From: Octopus sinensis
Taxonomy: Eukaryota
Assembly: GCF_006345805.1 (NCBI RefSeq)
Contig: NW_021834093.1
Coordinates: 1-17,240, forward strand
Length of the DNA: 17,240 bases
Reading direction: 5' to 3'
The notes below the pieces were generated by a model. The model was not told where the DNA came from. It did not search any database and saw only the letters and a program-made list of their open reading frames with translations. Positions 1 to 11,729 of this stretch are shown one piece after another. Within the stretch, counting starts at the first letter, position 1; each line of letters opens with the position of its first letter. Made by a program: the position numbers and the translations under genes.

Positions 1-3000
1 GCGCGAGGCCGCGCGGGGAGCGCGGCAGAAGCGCGGGAGCCCGCGCGCGCCGCCGCGGGGCCGCCCGCCAGCGGGGGCGGAGGTGGGTGGGCGCGCCGGT
101 CGGCGACGCGGCGGCGGGGGCCGGAGCAGGGCGCGAGGCCGCGGGGGGACGCGCGGCAGATAGCGGCGGAGCCCGGCGCGGGCCTCCGCCGGGGGGGCGC
201 CCGCCAGCGGGGGGCTGGAGGGTGGGGGCGCGCGCCGTCGGCGCGACCGGCGCGGGGGGGCCGGAGCAGGGCGCGAGGCCGCGCGGTGAGCGCGGCAGAG
301 AGCAGCGGGAGCCCGGCGCGGCCCCGCCGGGGGCCGCCCGCCAGCGGGGGCGGAGGGGGGGGGCGCGCGCCGGGCGGCGACGCGGCCGGCGGGGGGGGCC
401 GGAGCAGGGCGCGAGGCCGCGCGGGGAGCGCGGCAGAGAGCGGCGGGAGCCCGCGCGGGCCGCCGCCGGGGCCGCCCGCCAGCGGGGGCGAGGGGGGGGG
501 GCGCGCGCCGGGCGGCGACTCGGCGGCGGGGGGGTCCGGAGCGGGCGCGAGGCCGCGCGGGGAGCGCGGCAGAGAGCGCGGGAGCCCGGCGGGGCCGCCG
601 CCGGGCCGCCCGCCAGCGGGGGCGGAGGGGGGGGCGCGGCGCGCCCCGGGCGACGCGGCCGGCGGGGGGCCGGAGCAGGGCGCGAGGCCGCGCGGGGAGC
701 GCGCAGAGGCGACGGAGGCCCGCCGCGGGGCCGCCGCCGGGGCCGCCCGCCAGCGGGGGCGGAGGGGGGGGTGCGCGCGCCGGGCGGCGACGCGGCCGGC
801 GGGGGGGGCCGGAGCAGGGCGCGAGGCCGCGCGGGGAGCGCGCGGATAGCGGCGGGAGCCCGGCGCGGCCGCCGCCGGGGGCGGCCCGCCAGCGGGGCGG
901 AGGGGGGGGCGCGCGCCGCCGGCGGCGACGCTGCCGGCGGGGGGGCCGGAGCAGGGCGCGATGCCGCGCGGGGAGCTCGCGCAGAGAGCGGCTGGAGCCC
1001 GGCGCGGCCGCCGCCGCCGGGCCGCCCGCCAGCGGGGGCGGAGGGGGGGGGCGCGCGCCGGGCGGCGACGCGCGGCCGGCGGGGGGCCGGAGCAGGGCGC
1101 GAGGCCGCGCGGGAGCGCGGCAGAGAGCGGCGGGGCCCGGCGCGGCCGCCGCCGGGGGCCGCCCGCCAGCGGGGGGGAGGGGGGGGGGCGCGCGCCGTGC
1201 GGCGACGCGGCCGGCGGGGGGGCCGGAGCAGGGCGCGAGGCCGCTGGGAGCGCGGCAGAGAGCGGCGGGAGCCCGGCGCGGGCCGCCGCCGGGGCCGCCC
1301 GCCAGCGGGGGCTGAGGGGGGGGCGCGCGCCGGGCGGCGACGCGGCCGGCGGGGGGGGCCGGAGCAGGGCCGCGAGCCCGCGCGGGGAGCGCGGCCAGAG
1401 AGGCGGGCGGGAGCCCGGCGCGGGCTCCGCCGGTGGCCGCCCGCCAGCGGGGCGGAGGGGGGGGCGCGCGCCGGGCGGCGACGCGCTCCGGCGGGGGGCC
1501 GGAGCAGGCGCGAGGCCGCGGGGAGCGCGGCAGAGAGCGCGGGAGCCTGCGCGCCGCCGCCGGGGCCGCCCCCCCAGCGGGGGCGGAGGGGGGGGGCCCG
1601 CGCGCGACGGGCGGCGACGCGGCCGGCGGGGGGGCCGGAGCAGGCGCGAGGCCGCGCGGGGCGCGCGGCAAGAGCGGCGGGAGCCCGGCGCGGGCCGCCG
1701 CCGGGGCCGCCCGCCAGCGGGGGCGGAGGGGGGGGGCGCGCGCCGGGCGGCGACGCGGCCGGCGGGGGGGCCGGAGCAGGGCGCGAGGCCGCGGGGAGCG
1801 CGGCAGAGAGCGGCGGGAGCCCGGCGCGGGCCGCCGCCGGGGCCGCCCGCCAGCGGGTGCGGAGGGGGGGGGCGCGCGCCGGGCGCTCTCGACGCGGCCG
1901 GCGGGGGGGCCGGAGCAGGGCGCGGCCGCTGGAGCGCGGCAGAGAGCGCGGACCCGCGCCCGCGCGGCCGCCGCCGGGGCCGCCCGCCAGCGGGGGCGGA
2001 GGGGGGGGGGCGCGCGCCGGGCGGCGACGCGGCCGGCCGGGGGGGGGGGCCGGAGCAGGGCGCGAGGCCGCGCGGGGAGCGCGGCAGAGAGCAGCGGGAC
2101 CCGCGCGCGCCGCCCGCCGCCGGGGGCCGCCGCCAGCGGGGCGGAGGGGGGGGGCGCGCGCCGGCGGCGAGCGACGCGGCGGCGGGGGGCCTGAGCAGGG
2201 CGCGAGGCCGCGCGGGGAGCGCGGCAGAAGCGGCGGGAGCCCGGCGCGGGCCGCCGCCGGGGCCGCCCGCCAGCGGGGGGCGGAGGGGGGGGGCGCTCGC
2301 CGGGCGGCGACGCGCCGGCTGGGGGGGCCGGAAGGGGCGCGAGGCCGCGCGGGGAGCGCGGCAGAGAGCGGCGGGAGGAGCCCGGCGCGGGCCGCCGCTG
2401 GGCCGCCCGCCAGCGGGGGGCAGGGGGCGCGCGCCGGCGGCGACGCGGCCGGCGGGGGGCCGGAGCAGGGGGCGGAGGCGCGCGGGGAGCGCGGCAGAGA
2501 GGCGGCGGAGGAGCCCGGCGCGGGCCGCCGCCGGGGCCGCCCGCCAGCGGGGGGGAGGGGTGGTCGCGCGCGCCGGGCGGCGACGCGGCCGGCGGGGGGG
2601 CCGGAGCAGGGCGCGCGAGGCCGCGCGGGAGCCGGCAGAGACGCGGCGGGAGCCCGGCGCGGGCCGCCGCCTGGGGGCAGCCCGCCAGGGGGGCGGAGGG
2701 GGGGGGCGCGCCGGGCGGCGACGCGGCCGGCGGGGGGGCCGGAGCAGGCGCGAGGCCGCGCGGGGAGCGCGGCAGAGAGCGGCGGGAGCCCGGCGGGGCC
2801 GCCGCCGGGGCAGCCGCCCAGCGGGGGCGGAGGGGGGGGGCGCGCGCCGGGCGGCGACGCGGCCGCGGGGGGGCCGGAGCAGGGCCGAGGACGCGCGGGG
2901 AGCGCGGCAGAGAGCGGCTGGAGCCCGGCGCGGGCCGCCGCCGGGGCCGCCCGCCAGCGGGGCGGAGGGGGGGGGCGCGCGCCGGCGGCTACGCGGCCGG

Positions 3001-6000
3001 CGGGGGGGCCGGAGCAGGGCGCGAGGCCGCGCGTGGAGCGCGGCAGAGAGCGGCGGAGCCCGGCGCGGGGCCGCCGCCGGGGCCGCCCGCCAGCGGGGGG
3101 CCGGGGGGGGGGCGCGCGCCGGCGGCGACGCGGCCGGCTGGGGGGCCGGAGCAGGGGCTCGAGGCCGCGCGGGGAGGGCGGCAGAGAGCGGCGGGAGCCC
3201 GGCTCGGGCCGCCGCCGGTCCGCCCGCCAGCGGGGGCGGGTGGGGGGCGCGGCGCCGCGGCGACGCGCCGGCGGGGGGGCCGGAGCAGGGCGCGATGCCG
3301 CTCGGGGAGCTCGGCAGAGAGCGGCGGGAGCCCGGCGCGGGCCGCGGCGCCGGGGGCGCCCGCCAGCGGGGGCGGAGGGGGTGGGCGCGCGCCCGGGCGG
3401 CGACGCGGCCGGCGGGGGGCCGGAGCAGGGCTCGAGGCGCTCGGGGAAGCGCGGCAGAGAGCGCGGCGGGAGCCCGGCGCGGGCCGCCTCCGGGGCAGCC
3501 CGCCAGCGGGGGGGGGGAGGGGGGGGCGCGCGCGCCTGGCGGCGACGCGGCCGGCGGGGGGGCCGAGCAGGGCGCGAGGCCGCGCGGGAGCGCGGCAGAG
3601 AGCGGCGGGAGCCCGGCGCGGGGCCGCCGCCGGGGCCGCCCGCCAGCGGGGGCGGAGGGGGGGTGCGCGCGCCGGGCGGCGACGCGCCGGCGGGGGGGGG
3701 CCGGAGCAGGGCGCGAGGCCTCGCGGGGAGCCGCGGCAGATAGCGGGCGGGAGCCCGGCTCGGGCGCCGCCGCCGGGGGCGCCCGCCAGCGGGGGCGGAG
3801 GGTGGGGGCGCGCGCCGGGCGGCGACGCGGCCGGCGGGGGGGCCGGAGCAGGGCGCGAGGCCGCGCGGGGAGCGCAGAGAGCGCGGGAGGCCGGCGCGGG
3901 CCGCCGCCGGGGCAGCCCGCCAGCGGGGGCGGAGGGGGGGGGCGCGCGCCGGGCGCGACGCTGCCGCGGGGGGGCCGGAGCAGGGCTCGATGCCGCGCGG
4001 GGAGCGCGGCAGAGAGCGGCGGGAGCCCGGCGCGGGCCTCCGCCGGGGGCAGCCCGCCAGCGGGGCGGAGGGGGGGGGCGCGCCCGGGCGGCGACGCGGC
4101 CGGCGGGGGGGCCGGAGCAGGTCGCGAGGCGCGGGGAGCGCGCGGCGAGAGCGGCGGGAGCCCGGGCGCGGGCCGCCGCCGGGGCCGCCCGCCAGCGGGG
4201 CGGAGGGGGGTGCGCGCGCCGGGCGGCGACGCGGCCGGCGGGGGGGCCGGAGCAGGGCGCGAGGCCGCGCGGGGAGCGCGCAGAGGCGGCGGGAGCCCTG
4301 CGCGGGCCGCCGCCGGGGCCCGCCCGCCAGCGGGGCGGAGGGTGGGCGCGCGCCGTGGCGGCGACGCGGCCGGCGGGGTGGCCGTGAGCAGGGCTCGAGG
4401 CCGCGCGGGGAGCGCGGCATAGAGGCGGGAGCCCGGGCTCGTGCTCCCCGGGCCGCCGCCCAGCGGGGGGGCGGGCCGGGGGGGGAGGGGGGGGGGGGCG
4501 GCGCCGCGCCGGGCGGCGACGCGGCCGGCGGGGGGCCTGAGCGGCGCGAGGCCGCGCGGGGAGCGCGGCAGAGAGCGCGGGAGCCCGGCTCGGGCCGCCG
4601 CCGGGGCCGCCCGCCAGCGGGGGCGGGGGGGGGGGGCGCGCGCCGGGCGGCGACGCGGCCGGCGGGGGGGCCGGAGCAGGGCGCGAGGCCGCGCGGGGGA
4701 GCGCGGCAGAGAGCGGCGGGAGCCCGCGGGCCGCGCCGGGGCCAGCCCGCCAGCGGGGGGCGGAGGGGGGGGCGCGCGCCGGGCGGCGACGCGGCCGGCG
4801 GGGGGCCGTAGCAGGGCGCGAGACGCGCGGTCGAGGGAGGCGGCAGAAGCGGCTGGACCCGGCGCGGGCCGCCGCCGGGGGGCAGCCCGCCAGCGGGGGG
4901 GGGAGGGGGGTGGGCGCGCGCCGGGCGGCGACTCTGGCCGGCGGGGGGGCCGGAGCAGGGCGCGAGGCCGCGCGGGAGAGCGCGGCAGAGAGCGGCTGGA
5001 GCCCGGCGCGGGCCGCCGCCGGGGCCGCCCGCCAGCGGGGGGGCGGAGGGGGGGGCGCCGCGCCGGGCGGCGACGCGGCCGGCGGGGGGGCCCGGAGCAG
5101 GCCCGAGGCCGCGCGGGAGCGCGGCAGAGAGCGGGCGGGAGGGCCCGGGCGCGGGCCGCCGCCGGGGCCGCCCGCCAGCGGGGGCGGGAGGGGGGGGCGC
5201 GCGCCGGGCGGCGACGCGGCCGGCGGTGGGGGCCGGAGCAGGGCGCGAGGCCGCGCGGGGGAAGCGCGGCAGAGAGCGGCGTGAGCCCGGCGCGGGCCGC
5301 CGCCGGGGGCCGCCCGCCAGCGGGGGCGGGGGGGGGGGCGCGCGCGCCGGGCGGCGACGCGGCCGGCGGGGGGGGCCGGAGCAGGGCTCGAGGCCGCGCG
5401 GGAGCGCGGCAGAGAGCGGCGGGAGCCCGGCGCGGGCCGCCGCCGTGGGCGCCCGCCAGCGGGGGTGCGGAGGGTGGGGGGCGCCGCGCCCGGGCGGCGA
5501 CGCCGGCCGGCGGGGGGGGCCGGACAGGGGCGCGAGGCCGCGCTGGGAGCGCGGCAGAGAGCGGCGGGAGCCCGGCGCGGGCCGCCACCTGGGCCCCCGC
5601 CAGCGGGGGGGGGAGGTTGGGGCCGCGCGCCGGGCGGCGACGCGGCCGGCGGGGTGGCCGGAGCAGGGCGCGAGGCCGCGCGGGGAGCGCGGCAGAGAGC
5701 GCTGCGGAGCCGGCGCGGGCCGCCGCCGGGGGGCCCGCCAGCGGGGGCGAGGAGGGGGGGCGCGCGCCGGGCGGCTACTCGGCCGGCGGGGGGGGCCGGA
5801 GCGGGCGCGAGGGCCTCGCGGGGAGCGCGGCATAGAGCGGCGGGAGACCCGGCGCGGCCGCCGCCGGGGCAGCCCGCCATCGGGGGCGGAGGGGGGGGGC
5901 TCGCTGCCGGGCGGCGACGCGGCTGCGGGGGGGGTGGCCGGAGCAGGGCGCGAGGCCGCGGGGAGCGCGGCAGAGAGCGCGGGAGCCCGGCGCGGGCCGC

Positions 6001-9000
6001 CGCCGGGGCCGCCCGCCAGCGGGGGCGGGAAGGGTGGGGCGCCGCGCCCGGTCGGCGACGCGGCCGGCGGGGGGGGCCTGGAGCGGGGGCCGAGGACGCG
6101 CGGGGGAGCGCTGCAAGAGAGCGGCGGGAGCCCGGCGCGGCCGCCGCCGGGGGCGCCCCCCGCCAGCGGGCGGGAGGGGGGGTTGCGCGCGCCGGGCGGC
6201 GACGCGGCCGGCTGGGGTCCGGAGCAGGGGCTCGGAGGACGCGCGGGAGCGCGTCAGAGAGCGGCGGGAGCCCGGCGCCGGGCCGCCTGGGGCCGCCCGC
6301 CGCGGGGGGCGGAGAGGGGGGGGCGCGCCTCCGGGCGGCGACGCGGCCGGCGGGGGGGTTCCGGAGCAGGGCGCGGGACTCGCGGGGACCGCGGCAGATA
6401 GCGGCGGGCGCCCGGCGCGGGCCGCCCCGGGGCCGCCCGCAGCGGGGGGGCGGGGGGGGGGAGGGGGGGGCGCGCCCGGGTGCGACGGCTCGGCCGGCGG
6501 GGGGGCCGGGCGGACAGGGCCGCGAGGCCGCGCGGGTAGCGCGGCAGAGAGCGGCGGGAGCCCGGCGCGGGCCGCCGCCGGGCGCCCGCCAGCGGGGGCG
6601 GAGGGGGGGCGCGCGCCTGGCGGCGACGCGGCCGTCGGGGGCCTGAGCAGGGCGCGAGCCGCCGGGGAGCGCGGCAGAGAGCGCGGGAGCCCGGCCGCGG
6701 GAGCCGCCGCCGGGGCCGCCCGCCAGCGGGGGCGGGAGGGGGGGGCTCGCGCCGGGCGGCGACGCGGCCTGCGGGGGGGCCGGAGCAGGGCGCGAGGCCG
6801 CGCGGGAGCGCGGCATAGAGCGGCGCTGGAGCCCGGCGCTGGCCCGCCGCGGGCAGCCGCCAGCGGGGGCGGGGGGGGGGGCGCGCGCCGGGCGGCTACG
6901 CGGCGGCGGGGGTCCGGAGCAGGGCGCAGGCCGCGCGGGGAGCGCGGCAGAGCGAGCGCGGGAGCCCGGCGCGGGCCGCCGCCGGGGCCGCCCGCCAGCG
7001 GGGGCGAGGGGGGGCGCGCGCGCCTGGCGGCGACGCGGCCGGCGGGGGGCCGGAGCAGGCTCGAGGCCGCGCGGGGGAGCGCGGCAGAGAGCGGCGGGAG
7101 CCCGGCGCCGGGCCGCCGCCGGGGCCGCCCGCCAGCGGGGGCGGAGGGGGGGGGGCGCGCGCCGGCGGCGACGCGCCGGCGGGGGGGGGCCGGAGGCAGG
7201 GCGCGAGGCCCGCGCGCGGGGAGCGCGGCAGAGGCGGCTGGAGAGCCCGGCTCGGCCCCGCCGGGCAGCCCGCCAGCGGGGGGCGGGAGGGGGGGGCGCG
7301 CGCCGGGCGGCGACGCGGCCGGCGGGGGGGCCCGAGCAGGGCGCGAGGCCGCGCGGGGGAGCGCTGCAGAGCGGCGGGAGCCCGGCGCGGGCCGCCGCCG
7401 GGGCCGCCCGCCAGCGGGGGGGGCGGGGGGGGGTGCGCGCGCGCGGCGGCGACGCGGCCGGCGGGGGGGCCCGGAGCAGGGCGCGAGGCCGCGCGGGGAG
7501 CGCGGCAGAGAGCTGCGGAGCCCGGCGCGGCCGCCGCCGCCGGGGCCGCCCGCCAGCGGGGGCGGGAGGGGGGGGCGCGCGCCGGCGCGACGCGCGGCCG
7601 GCGGGGGGGCCGGAGCAGGGCGCGAGGCCGCGCGGGGAGCGCGGCAGAGAGCGCGGGAGGAGCCCGGCGCGGGCCGCCGCCGGGGCCGCCGCCCGCCAGC
7701 GGGGGGCGGAGGGGGGGGGCGCGCGCCGGGCGGCGACTCGGCCGGCGGGGGGGGGCCGGAGCAGGGCGCGGAGGCCGCGCGGGGAGCGCGGCAGAGAGCG
7801 GCGGGAGCCCGGCGCGGGCCGCCGCCGGGGCAGCCCCCCAGCGGGGGCGGAGGGGGGGGCGCGCGCCGGGCGCGACGCGGCCGGCGGGGGGGCCGGAGCA
7901 GGGCGCGAGGCCGCGCGGGGAGCGCGGCAGAGAGCGGCGGGAGCCCGCGCGGGCCGCCGCCCCGGGGGCCGCCCGCCAGCGGGGGCGGAGGGGGGGGGCG
8001 CGCGCCGGCGGCGACGCGCCGGCGGGGGGGGCCGGAGCAGGGCGCGAGGCCGCGCGGGGAGCGCGGCAGAGAGCGCGGGAGGAGCCCGCTCGCGCCGCCG
8101 CCGCCGGGGCCGCCCGCCAGCGGGGGCGGAGGGGGGGGGCGCGCGCCGGCGGCGACGCGGCCGGCGGGGGGGCCGGAGCAGGGCGCGAGGCCGCGCGGGG
8201 AGCGCGGCAGAGAGCGGCGGGAGCCCGGCGCGGGCCGCCGCCGGGGCCGCCCGCCAGCGGGGGCGGGGGGGGGGGCGCGCGCCGGCGCGGCGACGCCGGC
8301 GGGGGGGGGCCGGAGCAGGGCGCGAGCCGCGCGGGGAGCGCGGCAGAGAGCGGCGGGCCCGGCGCGCGCGCCGCCGGGGCCGCCCGCCAGCGGGGGCGGA
8401 GGGGGGGGGCGCGCGCCGGGCGGCGACGCGGCCGGCGGGGGGCCGGAGCAGGGCGCGAGGCCGCGCGGGGAGCGCGGCAGAGAGCGGCGGGAGCCGGCGC
8501 GGGGCCGCCGCCGGGGCCGCCCGCCAGCGGGGGCGGAGGGGGGGGGCGCGCGCCGGGCGGCGACGCGGCCGGCGGCGGGGGGGCCGGAGCAGGGCGCGAG
8601 GCCGCGCGGGGAGCGCGGCAGAGAGCGGCGGGAGCCCGGCGCGGGCCGCCGCCGGGGCCGCCCGCCAGCGGGGGCGGAGGGGGGGGGCGCGCGCCGGGCG
8701 GCGACGCGCGGCCGGCGGGGGGGCCGGAGCAGGGCGCGAGGCCGCGCGGGAGCGCGGCAGAGAGCGGCGGGAGCCCGGCGCGGGCCGCCGCCGGGGGCCG
8801 CCCGCCAGCGGGGGCGGAGGGGGGGGGCGCGCGCCGGGCGCGCGACGCGGCCGGCGGGGGGGCCGGAGCAGGGCGCGAGGCCGCGGGGAGCGCGGCAGAG
8901 AGCGGCGGGAGCCCGGCGCGCGCGCCGCCGGGGGCCGCCCGCCAGCGGGGGGGGGCGGAGGGGGGGGCGCGCGCCGGGCGGCGACGCGGCCGGCGGGGGG

Positions 9001-11698
9001 GCCGGAGCAGGCGCGAGCCGCGCGGGGAGCGCGGCAAGAGCGAGGCGGGCGGGAGGCGCCGGCGCGGGCCGCCGCCGGGGCCGCCCGCCAGCGGGGCGGA
9101 GGGGGGGGGCGCGCGCCGGGCGGCGACGCGGCCGGCGGGGGGGGCCGGAGCAGGGCGCGAGGCCGCGCGGGGAGCGCGGCAGAGAGCGGCGGGGCGGCCG
9201 CGCGGGCCGCCGCCGGGGCCGCCCGCCAGCGGGGGCGGAGGGGGGGGGCGCGCGCCGGGCGGCGACGCGGCCGGCGGGGGGCCCGGAGCAGGGCGCGAGG
9301 CCGCGCGGAGCGCGGCAAGAGCGGCGGGAGCCCGGCGCGGGCCGCCGCCGGGGCCGCCCGCCAGCGGGGGCGGAGGGGGGGGGGCGCGCGCGGGCGGCGA
9401 CGCGGCCGGCGGGGGGGGCCGGAGCAGGGCGCGAGGCCGCGCGGGAGCGCGGCAGAGAGGCGGCGGACCCGGCGCGGGCCCGCCGCCGGGCCGCCCGCCA
9501 GCGGGGGCGGAGGGGGGGGCGGCCGCGCGCCGGGCGGACGCGGCCGGCGGGGGGGGGCGGAGCAGGGCGCGAGGCCGCGCGGGGGAGCGCGGCAGAGAGC
9601 GGCGGGAGCCCGGCGCGGGCCGCCGCCCGGGGCCCCCCAGCGGGGGCGGAGGGGGGGGCGCGCGCCGGGCGGCGCGGCCGGCGGGGGGGCCGGAGCAGGG
9701 CGCGAGGCCGCGCGGGAAGCGCGGCAGAGAGCGGCGGGAGCCCGCGCGGGCCGCCGCCGCCCGGGCCGCCCGCCAGCGGGGCTGGAGGGGGGGGCGCGCG
9801 CCGGGCGGCGACGCGGCCGGCGGGGGGGCCGGAGCAGGCGCGAGGCCGCGCGGGGAGCGCGGCAGAGAGCGGCGAGGAGCCCGGCCGCGCGCCGCCGCCT
9901 GGGCCGCCCGCCAGCGGGGCGGAGGGGGGGGGCGCGCGCCGGGCGCGACGCGGCCGGCGGGGGGGCCGGAGCAGGGCGCGAGGCCGCGCGGGGAGCGCGG
10001 CAGAGAGCGGCGGAGCCGGCGCGGCCGCCGCCGGGGCCGCCCGCCAGCGGGGCGGAGGGGGGGGGCGCGCGCGCCGGTCGGCGACGCGGCCGGCGGGGGG
10101 GCCGGAGCAGGGCGCGAGGCCGCGCGGGGAGCGCGGCAGAGAGCGCGGCGGAGCCCGGCGCGGGCCGCCGCCGGGCCGCCCCGCCAGCGGGGCGGAGGGG
10201 GGGGCGCGCGCGGCTCGCGCCGGCGGCGACGCTGCCGGCGGGGGCCGGAGCAGGGCGCGAGGCCGCGCGGGGAGCGCGGCAGAGAGCGGCGGGAGCCCGG
10301 CGCGGGCCGCCGCCGGGGCCGCCCGCCAGCGGGGGCGGAGGGGGGGGCGCGCGCCGGCGCGGCGACGCTGCCGGCGGGGGGGGCCGGAGCAGGGCGCGAG
10401 GCCGCGCGGGGAGCGCGGCAGAGAGCGGCGGGAGCCCGGCGCGGGCCGCCGCCGGGGCCGCCCGCCAGCGGGGGCGGAGGGGGGGGCGCGCGCCGGGCGG
10501 CGACGCGGCGGCGGGGGGCCGGAGCAGGGCGCGAGGCCTCGCGGGGAGCGCGGCAGAGAGCGGCGGAGCCCGGCGCGGCCGCGCCGGGGCCGCCCGCCAG
10601 CGGGGCGGAGGGGGGGCGCGCGCCGGGCGGCGACGCGGCCGGCGGGGGGGCCGGGCAGGGGCGCGAGGCCGCGGGGGAGCGCGGCAGAGAGCGGCGGGAG
10701 CCCGGCGCGGGCCGCCGCCGGGGCCGCCCGCCAGCGGGGGCGGAGGGGGGGGGCGCGCGCCTGGCGGCGACGCGCCGCGCCGGCGGGGGGCCGGAGCAGG
10801 GCGCGAGGCCGCGCGGGAGCGCGGCAGAGAGCGGCGGGAGCCCGGCGCGGCCGCCGCCGGGGGCCGCCCGCCAGCGGGGGCGGAGGGGGGGGGCGCGCGC
10901 CGGCGGCGACGCGGCCGGCGGGGGGGCCGGAGCAGGGCGCGAGCCCGCGCGGGGAGCGCGCAGAGAGCGGGCGGCGCGCCCGGCGCGGCCCCGCCGCCGG
11001 GGCCGCCCGCCAGCGGGGGCGGAGGGGGGGGCGCGCGCCGGGCGGCGACGCGGCCGGCGGGGGGGCCGGAGCAGGGCTCGAGGCCGCGCGGGGGAGCGCG
11101 GCAGAGAGCGGCGGGAGCCCGCGCGCGGCCGCCGCCGGGGCCGCCCCCCCCAGCGGGGGCGGAGGGGGGGGTGGCGCGCCGGGCGGCGACGCGGCCGGCG
11201 GGGGGCCGGAGCAGGGCGCGAGGCCGCGGTAGCGCGCAGAGAGCAGCGGGAGCCCGGCGCGGGCCGCCGCCGGGCCGCCCGCCAGCGGGGGCGGAGGGGG
11301 GGGGGGCGCGCGCCCGGGCGGCGACGCGGCCGGCGGGGGGCCGGAGCAGGGCGCGAGGCCGCGCGGGGACGCGGCAGAGAGCGGCGGGAGCCCGGCGCGG
11401 GCCGCCGCCGGGGCGCCCGCCAGCGGGGGCGGAGGGGGGGGCGCGCGCCGGGCGCGGCGGCGGCGGCCGGCGGGGGGGCCGGAGCAGGGCGCGAGGCCGC
11501 GCGGGAGCGCGGCAGAGAGCGGCGGGAGCCCGGCGCGGGCCGCCGCCGGGGCCGCCCGCCAGCGGGGCGGAGGGGGGGGGCGCGCGCCGGGCGGCGCCGC
11601 GGCCGGCGGGGGGGCCGGAGCAGGGCGCGAGGCCGCGCGGGGAGCGCGGCAGAGAGCGGCGGGAGCCCGGCGCGGGCCGCCGCCGGGGCCGCCCGCCA

Positions 11699-11710
11699 GC
11701 GGGGGCGGAG
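11699..11710 (+). promoter_or_regulatory. Overlapping EGR1/WT1-type site (GCGGGGGCG) and Sp/KLF GC box (GGGGCGGAG), one per unit; motif match only
   Basis: GCGGGGGCG at 11699-11707 matches the EGR consensus GCG(G/T)GGGCG, and GGGGCGGAG at 11702-11710 contains the GC-box core GGGCGG. Such matches are expected by chance at 92% GC and only matter if the host is a metazoan. Confidence 0.2.
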
Positions 11711-11729
11711 GGGGGGGGCGCGCGCCGGG
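11701..11729 (+). other. G-tract cluster with G-quadruplex potential, one per unit (GGGGG-CGGA-GGGGGGGGG-CGCGCGCC-GGG)
   Basis: Each unit has nine runs of three or more G on the + strand. The densest cluster is G5, G9 (can supply two tracts) and G3. The last loop is 8 nt, just above the canonical 1-7 nt rule. Motif prediction only. Confidence 0.5.

Noticed and set aside
10954-10967. GAGCGCGCAGAGAG, identical to 14 nt of the AAV2 ITR A arm as I recall it, in a unit of similar length to an ITR
   Set aside because: The exact match occurs only in deletion variants; the consensus is GAGCGCGGCAGAGAG. There is no tandem (GAGC)n Rep-binding element, terminal resolution site, D sequence or T-shaped palindrome, so this is probably chance.
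11633-11707. CTCF-like motifs (CCGCCAGCGGGGGCG and CCGCG...GGCAG)
   Set aside because: The spacing does not fit the CCASYAGRKGGC core (one extra base) or CCGCGNGGNGGCAG (gap too long). Partial matches are expected at 92% GC.
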